Source of the DNA: Octopus bimaculoides
Taxonomy: Eukaryota
NCBI RefSeq assembly: GCF_001194135.2
Contig: NC_068996.1
Span: 22,477,683-22,541,361, forward strand
Length of the DNA: 63,679 nt
Reading direction: 5' to 3'
In this document: positions 39,201 to 52,042 of the stretch, in pieces
How the letters are laid out: every line of letters starts with the position of its first letter
Numbering within the stretch: the first letter of the stretch is position 1
Position numbers and translations under genes: made by a program
The notes under the pieces: model-generated
What the model was told of the DNA's origin: nothing
Seen by the model: the letters and a program-made list of their open reading frames with translations, nothing else
The model's database searches: none

Positions 39201-40249
39201 ATCCAAAACTTCAAAGTCAGTGTCACTCTTTGAAAATCAATAAATATGTACTCTAAAAGTACTGAGTGACCCTTCGATTTAATGTTAAATTCTTTTTATC
39301 TATAACTTTGCATAAAAACACACACTTACACACACACAAAGCAGGTCTTGTGCAATGTAAGTAACAAATGCTTGATTGTGTATAAATGTTCGTTGTTCCT
39401 GAGCTGTAGACGCATTGATGTAAGAGCAAACTTTTGTGTTTGGAGTCGCAGTCCCACTGGCATACAAGCATTTAAAGTGGAAGCCACATAAATTTAAACC
39501 TGTAATATTTATTTTATATATTCAAATATACATAAGAGAATTCAGTCCTGCCATATTTCAGTCTGTTCACATTGCTCAGAAGCATTCTTTCTCTATTCAT
39601 AATCAGCTCTGCTGCCAGGAAAATTCTCAATACATTCTGGTGGATTTGAACATGAATATGTTGATTGCTGTTGTAGTTTGTCATTGGAGAACTTTTTGAG
39701 TGTTCATAACACACACAATTCATTGGTGTAAGAGAGCTTTGAGACACAACAGTGTTTCAATCTTATTGAGGATCTCTTCACTCAAAGCTACCCCTGGACC
39801 AGTACGTCTAACAAGAGTATTGACTCTTGTTTATAGAAATCAACAAACAAATTATTTGCTCATATATGCTAGATTGGTAATACTTCATGAAGTGCAATGC
39901 TAAACATCAGAAATCCAAACAATAATGTATTTATTCACTCTAACATGTTCAGACAAATTCAAAAGTGAATATGCTGATTGCTATTGTATTGCATCATTTG
40001 TGGACATCTTCCGTTAGATGATGTATGTCCTTAACATGCAGTTTCATTTAAGTAAGGGGCTTTGAAACATTGCAATGTCTTGATAAGATACAGGAGCATT
40101 CTAGTCCTTTTTAACATGACTGCATGATTAAAAAGATTATTATTATATACACTTGACCATTGTAACTTCTGAGAAAAACATTAATTTTTTTCATATTTTC
40201 AAAATTCCTAAAGAATTATATATATATATATACATATATATATATGATG

Positions 40250-40447
40250 CCAGTGCCACCTGACTGGCACCTGCTCCAGTGGCACGTAAAAAGCACCCAC
40301 TACACTCTCGGAGTGGTTGGCATTAGGAAAAACATTTGGCTGTAGAAACCTTGCCCAATCAGATTGGAGCGGAGTGCAGCCTCCCAGTTTGCCAGTCTTC
40401 ATCAAATTGTCCAACCCATGCCAGCATGGAAAGTGGATGTTAAACAA

Positions 40448-40450
<3 letters not shown>
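40250..40450 (+). repeat. RTE-type 3' tail repeat, well preserved, ending in (TA)n
   Basis: cagtggcacgtaaaaagcaccc...ggttggcattagg...gtccaacccatgccagcatggaaagtggatgttaaacaacga. Confidence 0.75.
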
Positions 40451-40495
<45 letters not shown>

Positions 40496-40549
40496 TTGTT
40501 TTGCAAGATTCCTGATGTGAAATCTTGTGTTGAAACAGATATTGTTTTA

Positions 40550-40829
40550 TTTGGGGATGGTCATATTTTTGGTAATTAACCACACGCACTATATACATGT
40601 TCTTTACTTCAGCTTTATTTTTATTTTAGTGTCCTTTGTCTGAAATCTTTCATCACACATTTTGTGGCACATCCTAACACCTTCATCGACTTTCCACCCA
40701 ACGTGGGATGGAGAGTCACTGAAGAGGTCACAGGACGTGTAATGGAAGATTTCAGGTAAAGAACACTAAAATAAAAATAATAATAATAAAGCTGAAGTGT
40801 TAATTGGTAAAAGTAAGACCATCCCCAAA
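40550..40829. mobile_element. 280-bp MITE with ~32-bp imperfect TIRs and TA TSD
   Basis: TA|tttggggatggtcatatttttggtaattaac ... gttaattggtaaaagtaagaccatccccaaa|TA. Confidence 0.6.
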
Positions 40830-40835
40830 TATAAT

Positions 40836-41190
40836 TGGCTGTGTGGTAAGTAGCTTGCTTACCAACCACATGGTTCCGGGTTCATTCCCACTGCGTGGCA
40901 CCTTGGGCAAGTGTCTTCTACTATAGCCTCGGGCCGACCAAAGCCTTGTGAGTGGATTTGGTAGACGGAAACTGAAAGAAGCCTGTCGTATATATGTATA
41001 TATATATGTGTATGTGTGTCTGTGTTTGTCTCCCCAACATCGCTTGACAACCGATAGTGGTGTGTTTACGTCCCTGTAACTTAGCGGTTCGGCAAAAAGA
41101 GACCGATAGACCAAGTACTAGGCATCCAAAGAATAAGTCCTGGGGTCGATTTACTTGACTAAAGGCGGTGCTCCAGCATGGCCACAGTCA
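40836..41190 (+). mobile_element. Young tRNA-headed SINE (family 1), 3' end lost in a gap
   Basis: A-box-like tggctgtgtgg and B-box-like ggttcattcc; very similar to 63335-63679. Confidence 0.88.
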
Positions 41191-41470
41191 NNNNNNNNNN
41201 NNNNNNNNNNNNNNNNNNNNNNNNNNNNNNNNNNNNNNNNNNNNNNNNNNNNNNNNNNNNNNNNNNNNNNNNNNNNNNNNNNNNNNNNNNNNNNNNNNNN
41301 NNNNNNNNNNNNNNNNNNNNNNNNNNNNNNNNNNNNNNNNNNNNNNNNNNNNNNNNNNNNNNTATATATATAAAATATTCATTTTGTCTAAAAATTTGTT
41401 TCTTTGCATTTAGCCAGCAATAATATCCCAATTTAATTAAGTTGCTGCAGTAAGAATTTGTTATATAGAA

Positions 41471-41616
41471 CAGTGGTTCCCAACCTGTGGTCTGCAAAGT
41501 AGTACTGGGGGTTTGTGAACATGTTAAGCTGACAAACCTTTCAATATCTTGAAGCCCATCGGAAAACTCATTTAAATAAAAGGGGTCCTTGGTAGTGAAA
41601 AGGTTGGGAACCACTG
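41471..41616. mobile_element. hAT (Buster/Charlie-type) MITE, 146 bp
   Basis: Perfect 16-bp TIR CAGTGGTTCCCAACCT/AGGTTGGGAACCACTG and perfect 8-bp TSD ATATAGAA (41463-41470, 41617-41624) with central TA. Confidence 0.92.
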
Positions 41617-42623
41617 ATATAGAATTTAGCCAGAAGATATGTGAAGTGATTTAGTCAGATTTAAGTATGTTGGCCCTTGCAGATGAGTTAACACAGAGTG
41701 GTAGAATCCTGTTGAAACAATCAGCATAAAATTATGATGGTGATAGTGCTTCCTCTTCTATAAATTTGTTTTTATATTTGTTCAAAACAAATCATTTATG
41801 ACAGTGTTTCAGAAAATTTTTTTGTCTGACCTCAAACAAGGAGTTTTAAAAGAAAAAAATATAGTCTATTTGTTTGAATATTCATGTTTTGACTTCTGTC
41901 TTAGTGTATATGTAAGCAGTCCTGCTGTACAGATATTGCATGTGTACAAAATAGGGATTAAAAAAAAAAAAATAATTAGAACATAATTAGAATTTTCAAT
42001 TATCTATCTCTGGCCCACATAACTTTGGAATAGGCGGTGGTAGTAGGGTGCTAAATTTTTGTTGCATTACTATCACAAGATAAGATCTTAATTTTATTTT
42101 GTATATACCTGTAACCTTGTCCTAAAGAAGAAATAGTACATAAATAATATAGTCAAATAGTTTTAAGTACAATGACCTTACTCTGTAAGTAAAGACAAAT
42201 GTAATTAGAAGCTTGTACTGAATTAATGTAAATGTACTTAAAGAGGTGATTAACAATAGTTGTCGATAATGCTAACTATAGTTATAGTAAGATTGCAATG
42301 AAAGTTGCATGTCAATAGTTCAGAAGGTACCAATTGGTTGGGAAGAGTTTTTTTTTTTGTATATTTCTATGAAAAGATAATATTACTCGCATTGGCTATT
42401 CTTTTTCTATTTTTAGTTGCATGTAATTAATTTATAGTTTTTGAGTTTGTTATAAATTCTTATGACTTAAAATGAATGTAATTATATCCATACTTGAATT
42501 TTAAAAGAAAAATGGTTTTTTAATGGTACTGATTTTCCTAATGCATCCTTTTATAATGGAGATGTGTGTAATTTAATTAATAATACTAGCTGAATATTTC
42601 TATTCAGTTAGTATTATTAATAA

Positions 42624-42630
42624 TACTAAC
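42624..42630 (+). promoter_or_regulatory. U2 branch-point candidate (TACTAAC) for exon B
   Basis: Perfect TACTAAC with the branch A ~28 nt upstream of the AG at 42656-42657, followed by a pyrimidine tract. Confidence 0.65.
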
Positions 42631-42657
42631 TGAATATTTTTTACTTTTCCTTGACAG

Positions 42658-42815
42658 CTCATGAAGATGAGTTTCGGGATGATGACTTCAGAGCTCCACT
42701 GTACAAAAATGTCGAAATTAAAGGTATTACTATGCGAATGAAATGGTGTACCACATGTCAGTTTTACAGGCCACCCAGGTGCTCTCATTGTAGTGTTTGT
42801 AATAATTGTATAGAG
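42658..42815 (+). CDS. ZDHHC8: ZDHHC5/8 internal exon B (N-terminal half of the DHHC cysteine-rich domain)
   Basis: Acceptor ttttccttgacag| and donor |gtaagt; 158 nt. Encodes (A)[52 protein letters not shown]; DDFRAPLYK is characteristic of ZDHHC5/8. Confidence 0.96.
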
Positions 42816-45800
42816 GTAAGTGCCTTGTATTAAAATTAGTAAATATCAAGCTTCTTTTTTAATAAATTTTTACAATTTAAAATCTAACAAAAACAGTAAT
42901 CAGCTTTCTTCCATATTATAAACTAGTTGCTTTGCAATACTAATTACTTTATATTAAGAACTATTTCCTAATTAGAATATCTTAGCTGACCATCAAAAGG
43001 AATAAATTAAATTAATGACAGATGATGAAAGTGGTAGTTGTATTATGGCTACAGTTTATTTGATGTGTTTATAGGATATAGACATGGGAATTCTTTAGAA
43101 CTTTCAGGTTTGTAGGTTTTGTCCATCAAGAATTCTGACCTGTTTTTTAGTAAACCTGCATGTTCCTATGAGAATATAATATATTCAGAGATATAGGCTG
43201 CTTTCTTTCAACCTAAAAGTTCATTCAAAATGATGTGACCTGACGTAGCTTGTCAAAACACTCAGCTTCAATCACCTGCATCTTGTTAGTCATAACAGGA
43301 TTATCAATTGTAAAACATTGACTTCATGTTTTGTTTCAGCTAAGGATTCTCACATGAACTAAAAGGCATTCAATTGAACTGACTTTGTGAAGTTACAGGG
43401 TTTAAACTAAATTCATTTTTTCATTGTGCAATAGATATGACCCTGTCTTTGTTTCTTGATGGTAAATGAAGATTAATATTTTTATATTTCTCTTCTCTGA
43501 TGGTAATCAATTACATAACTATTTTCTTAATATACGATTGAGAAAATTGATATGTACAGTAGCTTAAATATTAAATAAACAATAATTCTGTAGTTTTGGA
43601 CTAACCATAGTTCTTCCCAGTTATTATTATTAAACTATGATTATTCAAAGAATATATCTTGATGTACTGAATGCATTCAAAAGAATATTAACTTAAAGAG
43701 CTTGCCTTATTTTCTGTGCATACCCATCATTCAATGCCAATACTTACAATCGAGACATAAATGTATAAGCTCTTTACATATTTAAATAAAAATATATTTT
43801 AAGGCTTGATATTTAATTCACATTTCATGATTTGTATAAATTGTGTAACCAATCCTATACACACACACGCACATATTAGAGAGAGGGAGAAAGATGGATA
43901 TATGCTTTTTTTTTTTGCCCTTTTGCTTTCTACCCATTTTCATTGAAATTTTCTTATGTATATTCTGTAAACGCTTGCATGTACGTACTTCCATGAGATT
44001 GTGCTGAGAAAGGATTGTAATCAACTCCATGGTTGATTTCAATAAGTAGGGAGGATACCTGGTTGTAAAACAATTCCTTTTACAAAATGCAAACACTTTT
44101 ATTTGTAAAAACTATTCCATGCAAACCAGCTTGTTAAATGGAGTGGGGGAACCAATAATGAGATTGTGGATCATTCTAATATGAAAAACTGATGCTATGT
44201 GAATTGAAGCAAAGTCATAATATAATGCTTTTAGTGAAATTTTAATCTATAAAGTAAATCTTTTGTGTCTGGCACGTTAACCCATTGTTAAATATCTACA
44301 TACATAATAAAAATGCTATAGTATGTCTACAAGATAAATATAGTCTCACTCTAAGCAGTTTGTTGCCATTATACCTAACAAATATAGGGTATATAATTTG
44401 AGTGAGAAAGAGAAAGAGGCTAGGTTAATTGTTGCTCAAGTTTAATTCACTGTAAATAACAAAACTATATGTTGCCTGGTAACAGCAAATCTTTGTTGGT
44501 ATGGTTCTCTTATATTCCATTTTCAACTGGAAATATTTCTATTGCAATAGAAGAAAGAAATTTATTTTGAGATTAACTCTGACAGAAACATGAGTAAAAG
44601 AATAGATATAAAGGAAACTACATCCTGTGTATTGAAGACTAATGTCTTTATACTTTGTTAAAGATATGTATATGAGTGATATAAGCTACCCTAGATATAT
44701 CATGATTTTACTAATTAAGTGTATGTGAAATGAATTATGTGTGGAAAATATTTCTAAATAATCTTATTATTACTATACATATGTCAGATATATAATTACA
44801 GTAACATATTGTGATATACCTACACAATTTCTTATAGTGCACTGGTCAGTAAATGTTTTCTGTTTTTAATGAATGATTTAATGACCTATTGTTGAGAAAG
44901 GCTATTGTGAAGGCTACTTGTAGCCTTCACAATTCCAGCCACTCCTCATTCTGTCTTTGGCTTTCTCTCTAGATGTCACTAGTTATTTTCAAGACATGCA
45001 ATGTAAGAAGAATCAAAGTAAGCTATTATAATGCATTTCAAGCAAAGCATTAATTGAATTAGCTTTACAATTGTTGGCTGTAGCAGGATTTCATTTCCCT
45101 CAAATATGTTGAAAAGCACAATGTAGTCTTTAGTCATTTTCTTTCATACACCCATACACTTCTAGTATTTTGTAGAGATTTCTTACTTACATCATACATA
45201 AGCATTTTACAGCTTCTTATATATCATTATTCCAAATATGGAGAATGTTCATATTCTGAATTTTTCAGTCAAATATCATAGATTCAGACACTCAGATATT
45301 TTGTCTCTTATATACATCAGTGTGCATTTTTTATCATCCACTTTTCCATGCTTGCATGGATCAGATGGAACTGAGGCGGATTTTTTTTACAGCCGGATGT
45401 CCTGTTGACAACACTTGCCTATTCAACAAGCAAGGTAATATTTCCTCATAGCTAGACATGTTTTCATGGTAGATTGGAATGAAATAAAACTACTTGTGAT
45501 GCTGAGGCTCCTTTGTAACTATTGCATAATGTCACGACCAGGAGACACATTCACATACACAAACACATACATGCACACATTTATACTTTCTTTTGTTGTT
45601 GTTTTTTTCTGTTTCTATTTCTGTCAAGCAATTACAAGGCATTAGTCAGCCTGAAGCTACAGTAGAAGACACTTGTCCAAAGTGCCACATAGAACGATTA
45701 AACACAAAACCATGTGGTTGGAAAGCAAACTTCTCAACCACACAGTTGTAATTGTGCTACTATATACAGGGTTTCTGGGCTAAAATTGGCAATTTGCATA

Positions 45801-45899
45801 AAAGGAAAACAAAATGTAATATCCCATCTGAAAATTAAAATATTTTTTAAAAGTTGTAAAGCTATCAACTGGGAGATAACTGTTTACTAGAATTAATTA

Positions 45900-46620
45900 T
45901 CCCAGTTTACTAAAATTAATTATCCCCAGCTTCCACCATGGTCTCAAAATAGCTCTGGAACCTGGTGCATGCATTCTTCACTGTGTGCCTGGGAAGATCT
46001 TCAAACACTTCCTTGATCTTGGCTACCAGCTCAGCTTTGGCATTACAGGCAGGGCAGTTCATGTCTTTCTCAACCACACCACGCACAGTAATCTATGGGA
46101 TTACAATCAGGGAAATTGGAAGGCTAGAAATTGGGGCTGGTGAAGTCATAGAAATTCAATGGCAACAACTTCTGACTCTTTCCAGAGGTATGGCAAAGAG
46201 CTGAATCCTGCTATCACATATATGGCCTTCCAGCAGCAACCCTCTCTAGCCAGAGACTGAGCACAGTCTCCAGCAACTTTACATAGCTATCTGAATTGAG
46301 CCTAAAGCCCTCTTCAAATATATGGGGATGAATTTCAGCATGCAGATGCAGTCAGAATGCCTGCCTTATCCATTCCTGCTGGCCATGGCTTCTTAGTCTC
46401 CATTGCAGTTGTCCATGTTATGTCTTATATACTTCACAAAGCATTGAGCCATAGTCATGATGTTGGCATTTTAATACCCAGTACAAATCATCATGATATA
46501 GGTAACTCTTTTCCAATATTGGGTTGTTCCCAATATTCCAGTCATCCATGTCAGTTAACATTTTCTCAACTACAACTTGAATTTTCATGCATTCCAACAC
46601 CATTGACTGCTCACTAGTAG
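45900..46620 (-). mobile_element. Internally deleted maT/DD37D-like Tc1/mariner remnant
   Basis: Minus strand gives IPHIFEEGFRLNSDSYVKLLETV...AGRPYM*QQDSALCHTSGKSQ and a PPNFPDCNP-type third-Asp motif. Same family as 730-1290. Confidence 0.7.
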
Positions 46621-48329
46621 TTCTTGAAAAAAGGAGGCGTAAAAACTTGTCAGATTTAGCTCATAAAAACTTGTCGGATTTAGCACCATCATTATTTAAT
46701 ATCTATTTTTTTATGCTGACATGAATTGGATGGATACACACACACATACTCTCTCATTCATTCACACACACACACACACTCATTCATTCTTTACATGATT
46801 ATTCAATCAATTGAATTCTTACCTGCGAAACAGTTATTTGTGAAATGTGTGCAGGGCCATACAAGTCATTGAGGTGATGAATGAGTGTTACTGTTGTGAA
46901 ACCACTTTATAAAGGATGGCCTCTTAGTTTCTATCAGAACATCTGTCACAGTGATGGGGGTAGATAAAGCTCCTTAGGTATTGTGTGAGTGGCCTGTCTG
47001 TGCTACCCTGTTGTCTTCAGAATGAATCCAGGAAGATGTGAACTAGGAGAGTACATTCTAAAAGAAAAACAAGCTGTGGATGTTAGCTTTAAGGTGGTTT
47101 TGAACAGACTGAATTTCTGCTAGCTTCTTGCAACTGCCAAGAGAAGTTAAGTCTTCTTGGATCTCCTTCACATCAAAGTTAGTAGTGGTAGGAAATATTT
47201 CATTTCTGGTACTATTGTAAAGCTTCATTGTGTAGGTGTCAGGGATCATGAATCTTGGATCACAGAGATTTTCATTGTGGTTGTTTGGATATCATATACA
47301 TCTGCAACAATGAAATACTGCCACTTATGTTAGTTCTTCATTCATGTAGGCATACAGTAGGTGTAACATTGGTAGTAGCAATCATGATTCTTCTGTTAGT
47401 TGTGTATTGCTACTGATCTTTAAGTAGCACAGACATTTAAAGATCAGAATTGAAAGAGAAAATGGGCAACATCAAGTTCTATGGACCCCCATAAGCAAGT
47501 AAGTAAGTGTATAGTGTGTGCGTGCCTGTAGTTTAAACTAAATTCTATTTCCTTGCAATTCAATATTTGGTTGCTACTCACTACAATCTTCAGGCAAGAA
47601 CTATCTTGTGTGAGTATCTGGGCTAGTGTTATATGTTTTGGAGTAGGTTCATGCTTTTGTCTGTGGCTGTTGTTTTCATTTGTTGATTTCTAATATTGCT
47701 TCATTAAAATGATGTCTCTGGTTGATATTGCTTTTATATGTTAATTCTTTGGTTGTATTTTTTCATTAGCCAACTTTGTTGTCGTGTGACTCTGTGATTT
47801 TTGGGATTGTTCACCAATCCTACTTTTTCTGGGGTTGTTTATTTATGTATCATTTCCAGTTGCCCAATTCAGTCTATTGCATAACCAACCACAACCATCC
47901 TGTTTTTCTAAACTTTGTCATGTTTAGCTGGTTATTTATCACTTGTCCCTTTGTTGGTTCAGTAGTTGTTCTGTATCTGCCTGTTGGTTATATGATGCAT
48001 ATCCTGTTTTGCTGAACTTATGTCTTTTGATAAATTTTTATTTCTGATTGAAGTCACCAGATCTAAACACAGGAAAATATTATCCTTACAAAAATCTGAA
48101 CTATCACTATCTACATACAAATGTTAGAACCATTTGCTTTCAAAATAAAGAGCATTAATAAATGTTTGAGAATATAATGTCATCTGACAAAATATTATTC
48201 AACAAATCAGCACCATTCTATAATGAAAACCTACATACCTGAAGCCTTACAAATAAACCAAACAAAACTAGAAAAAGGAATGTATCATTTAGTTCAACTT
48301 ACCAATCAGCTTAAACATAGCAACATTGG

Positions 48330-48620
48330 CAATTAGAGTTAGAATGTTTTTGTTTTCTTCTACAAAGCACTTCACAGCAGCCATTGAAAGCAAGGACTTG
48401 TGTGCTGGAGCATTGCTTTGATGAAACAAAACCCCTTTTGTCAGTTTTCCTGGATGTTTGGTCTTGATAAATACCTTTCATAAATGCCTTAGTAAATACT
48501 CTCCATTGATGGTGTGGTCCTTTTGAAGATAACCAATAAACACAATTCCTTTTGCATCCCAAAAGCTGAGGCCATCAACTTCCCTCCAGATAAAATGAGC
48601 ATTTGATCTCCGGAAGAAGT
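48330..48620 (-). mobile_element. Mariner transposase fragment, second copy of the 4750-5470 family
   Basis: Shares acagcagccattgaaagcaa...ccttttgtcagttttcctgg...tttggtcttgat with 4885-4980. Confidence 0.7.
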
Positions 48621-48822
48621 ACTGGCGCATTACTGTTTAGAGACCTGGTTACTGGAAATTGAATGCATCCTTACTGGCATGCAAAGACTACAGAGACTGG
48701 ATTAGGGAACTTGTTAAGTGGCAGTTCACAGAAGCGATTGTCAACAGCTAGTGGTAGGTCACCCTGAAAAGAGCAATTAAAGTAAAATTGATAGCATTTA
48801 GCAAAGAGCTAGTAATAGAAAT

Positions 48823-49060
48823 GAAGGTGCATGGCTCAATGGTTAGAGCGTCGAGCTTACGATCATCAGGTTGTGAGTTTGAATCCTGGACTGGGTTGCG
48901 TGTTGTGTTCTTGAGCAAGACACTTTATTTCACGTTACTCCAGTTCACTCAGCTGTAAAAGTGAGTTGCAACGTCACAGGTGCCAAGCTGTATCAGACCC
49001 TTTGCCTTTCCCTTGGATAACACTGGTGGCATGGAGAGGGGAGGCCGGTATGTATGGGTG
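48823..49060 (+). mobile_element. tRNA-headed SINE (family 3) with a Meta/CORE-like central domain
   Basis: A box tggctcaatgg, B-box-like gtttgaatcc, core gtgttcttgagcaagacacttt...ccagttcactcagctgtaaa. Superfamily label is from memory. Confidence 0.68.
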
Positions 49061-49061
49061 A

Positions 49062-49072
49062 CTATATATATA

Positions 49073-49105
<33 letters not shown>

Positions 49106-50720
49106 ATGTGTATGTATATGTATGTATGCATGTATATGTATATTTGTATGTATGTATGTATATGTATGTATGTATATATGTATGTATGTATATGTATGTA
49201 TGTATGTTTGTATGTATGTATGTATGTATGTTTGTATGTATGTATGTATGTTTGTATGTATATATGTATGTTTGTATGTATATATATATGTTTGTATGTA
49301 TATATATATATGTATGTATNNNNNNNNNNNNNNNNNNNNNNNNNNNNNNNNNNNNNNNNNNNNNNNNNNNNNNNNNNNNNNNNNNNNNNNNNNNNNNNNN
49401 NNNNNNNNNNNNNNNNNNNNNNNNNNNNNNNNNNNNNNNNNNNNNNNNNNNNNNNNNNNNNNNNNNNNNNNNNNNNNNNNNNNNNNNNNNNNNNNNNNNN
49501 NNNNNNNNNNNNNNNNNNNNNNNNNNNNNNNNNNNNNNNNNNNNNNNNNNNNNNNNNNNNNNNNNNNNNNNNNNNNNNNNNNNNNNNNNNNNNNNNNNNN
49601 NNNNNNNNNNNNNNNNNNNNNNNNNNNNNNNNNNNNNNNNNNNNNNNNNNNNNNNNNNNNNNNNNNNNNNNNNNNNNNNNNNNNNNNNNNNNNNNNNNNN
49701 NNNNNNNNNNNNNNNNNNNNNNNNNNNNNNNNNNNNNNNNNNNNNNNNNNNNNNNNNNNNNNNNNNNNNNNNNNNNNNNNNNNNNNNNNNNNNNNNNNNN
49801 NNNNNNNNNNNNNNNNNNNNNNNNNNNNNNNNNNNNNNNNNNNNNNNNNNNNNNNNNNNNNNNNNNNNNNNNNNNNNNNNNNNNNNNNNNNNNNNNNNNN
49901 NNNNNNNNNNNNNNNNNNNNNNNNNNNNNNNNNNNNNNNNNNNNNNNNNNNNNNNNNNNNNNNNNNNNNNNNNNNNNNNNNNNNNNNNNNNNNNNNNNNN
50001 NNNNNNNNNNNNNNNNNNNNNNNNNNNNNNNNNNNNNNNNNNNNNNNNNNNNNNNNNNNNNNNNNNNNNNNNNNNNNNNNNNNNNNNNNNNNNNNNNNNN
50101 NNNNNNNNNNNNNNNNNNNNNNNNNNNNNNNNNNNNNNNNNNNNNNNNNNNNNNNNNNNNNNNNNNNNNNNNNNNNNNNNNNNNNNNNNNNNNNNNNNNN
50201 NNNNNNNNNNNNNNCATGCGTGCACGTGTATTTATACATGCGTGCACGTGTATTTATACATGCGTGCACGTGTATTTATACATGCGTGCACGTGTATTTA
50301 TACATGCGTGCACGTGTATTTATACATGCGTGCACGTGTATTTATACATCCGTGCACGTGTATTTATACATCCGTGCACGTGTATTTATACATATGTGTG
50401 TATGTGTATTTATACATATGTGTATTTATGCATATGTGTGTATGTGTATTTATGCATATGTGTGTATGTGTATTTATGCATATGTGTGTATGTGTATTTA
50501 TGCATATGTGTGTNNNNNNNNNNTATGCATATGTGTGTATGTGTATTTATGCATATGTGTGTATGTGTATTTATGCATATGTGTGTATGTGTATTTATGC
50601 ATATGTGTGTATGTGTATTTATGCATATGTGTGTATGTGTATTTATACATCTGTGTGTATGTGTATTTATGCATATGTGTGTATGTGTATTTATACATAT
50701 CTGTGTATGTTTATCCATAC
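49062..50720. repeat. Compound (TATG)n microsatellite, gap, then 22-bp and 24-bp minisatellites
   Basis: Unit catgcgtgcacgtgtatttata (22 nt) at ~50215-50390 and unit gcatatgtgtgtatgtgtatttat (24 nt) at ~50430-50700. Confidence 0.92.
49320..50214. other. Assembly gap (others at 41191-41361, 50514-50523, 57827-57836, 58194-58203, 60089-60791)
   Basis: N runs, mostly bordered by microsatellites or young SINEs. Confidence 0.99.
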
Positions 50721-50735
50721 ATATGTGTGCACATA

Positions 50736-51566
50736 TGATGTTTGATCAATAAGTATCCGGCCTGTTGCCATAGTAATGAAGCTAAAGTACAAACAGTGAA
50801 GCTGCTTGGCAAAGATTGAACATGCATACTGCTGTGTATGCGCACTAAGTTTTAACATTCTAGTTCACTTCTACTGTTTATAGCAGTACTTGGAAGGAAG
50901 ATGTGTAATGTGTGATTGTGACATCGACTGTGTCAGAGAAGGTTGTTTTGGCGATACCTGCTCAGAAGCCAACGCAAAGTTGCAGAAAGTGTATTGAGAG
51001 GAGTATATGGGCTGCACACAATTGTACGAGTGGTTCAGCCGTTTCCATGGTGGCTGAAAAATCTCAGTATTGGAAGACGTGCAACCAGCAGAATTGAGAA
51101 AAGCATTAATGTGCATGTAGCTGTAAGGGGAAACCCTTGAATCACCATCTGTGAATTATTAGAGGGTATGCAGATCAGTTACGGTTCAGTTCAGTCTATT
51201 ATCACTGAAGATTTGGGTATGAGACAGTTGTCTGCCAAGTTTGTGCCAAAACTGCTTTCAGCTGGCCAAAAAGACACTCATGGTTTACTTGCACAAGATC
51301 TCCTTAATTGTGCTGAGAATGACGAAAACTTTTTGAAAACTTTGCATAGGCCTCTGAGTATGCATCACCAAGCTTTAGACAAATTTGATGCAGATTCTCT
51401 GCTCAACTTCCTCTGTCATTGTAAGCAGCAGAAGTGAGCTAGAATGCTAAAATGTAGTGCGCATGCACAGCAGAGTTCAAGGTCAATATGTACCAGGCTG
51501 CTTCGCTCTGTGTGCTTTAGCTTTGTTACTATGGCAACAGTCCGGAAGCGTATTGATCAGACCACG
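50736..51566. mobile_element. Second copy of the mariner-derived long-arm MITE (same family as 1621-2412)
   Basis: TA|tgatgtttgatcaataagt...tattgatcagaccacg. ORF 51168-51437 reads ITEDLGMRQLSAKFVPKLLS...NDENF, then crosses the same inversion junction as copy 1. Confidence 0.88.
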
Positions 51567-52042
51567 TCTATATATATGTATGCATGTGTAGACATATACA
51601 TGTATGCATGTGTATACATATATGTATGTATATGCATACATGTATGCATGTGTATGTGTGTATAGATATGTACACACACACATATATATCATCATCATCA
51701 CATCCACTTTTCCATGCTTACACACACCAGATGGAATTACTTGATGTAGCTTTTCTAAGAGTGGATACCATTCATGTCATTGACCCTCACCTGTTTCTGA
51801 ACATGGTAATATTTCTTCCTGACTAGAAATTGTATGTATGACAGTGACGTCAGTTTTCAGTTATTGCATGACGCCAAAACTAATGAGATATACACATGAA
51901 CACACCTCTATGCACACCCCACTCACATACTCATATATGATGAGCTTCTTTCAGTTTCTATCTATAAATCCTCTCACAAGGCTTTTGATGGTCCTGGGTC
52001 TTAGAAGACACTTGCATATGCTTGGCACAGCGTATTGGCTTG

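Noticed and set aside
41155-41614. ORFs across the 41191-41361 gap
   Set aside because: N-run artefacts flanked by SINE and MITE sequence.
46800-47500. Possible LINE ORF1 (gag-like zinc knuckle) on the - strand
   Set aside because: The expected Cys/His spacing is not recoverable; too degraded to support.
50215-50720. CRISPR-like repeat array
   Set aside because: Head-to-tail tandem units with no unique spacers, eukaryotic context and no cas genes.
48949-50752. Long 387-590-aa ORFs on both strands
   Set aside because: Made of N-runs plus TATG/TG repeats that lack stop codons; not genes.
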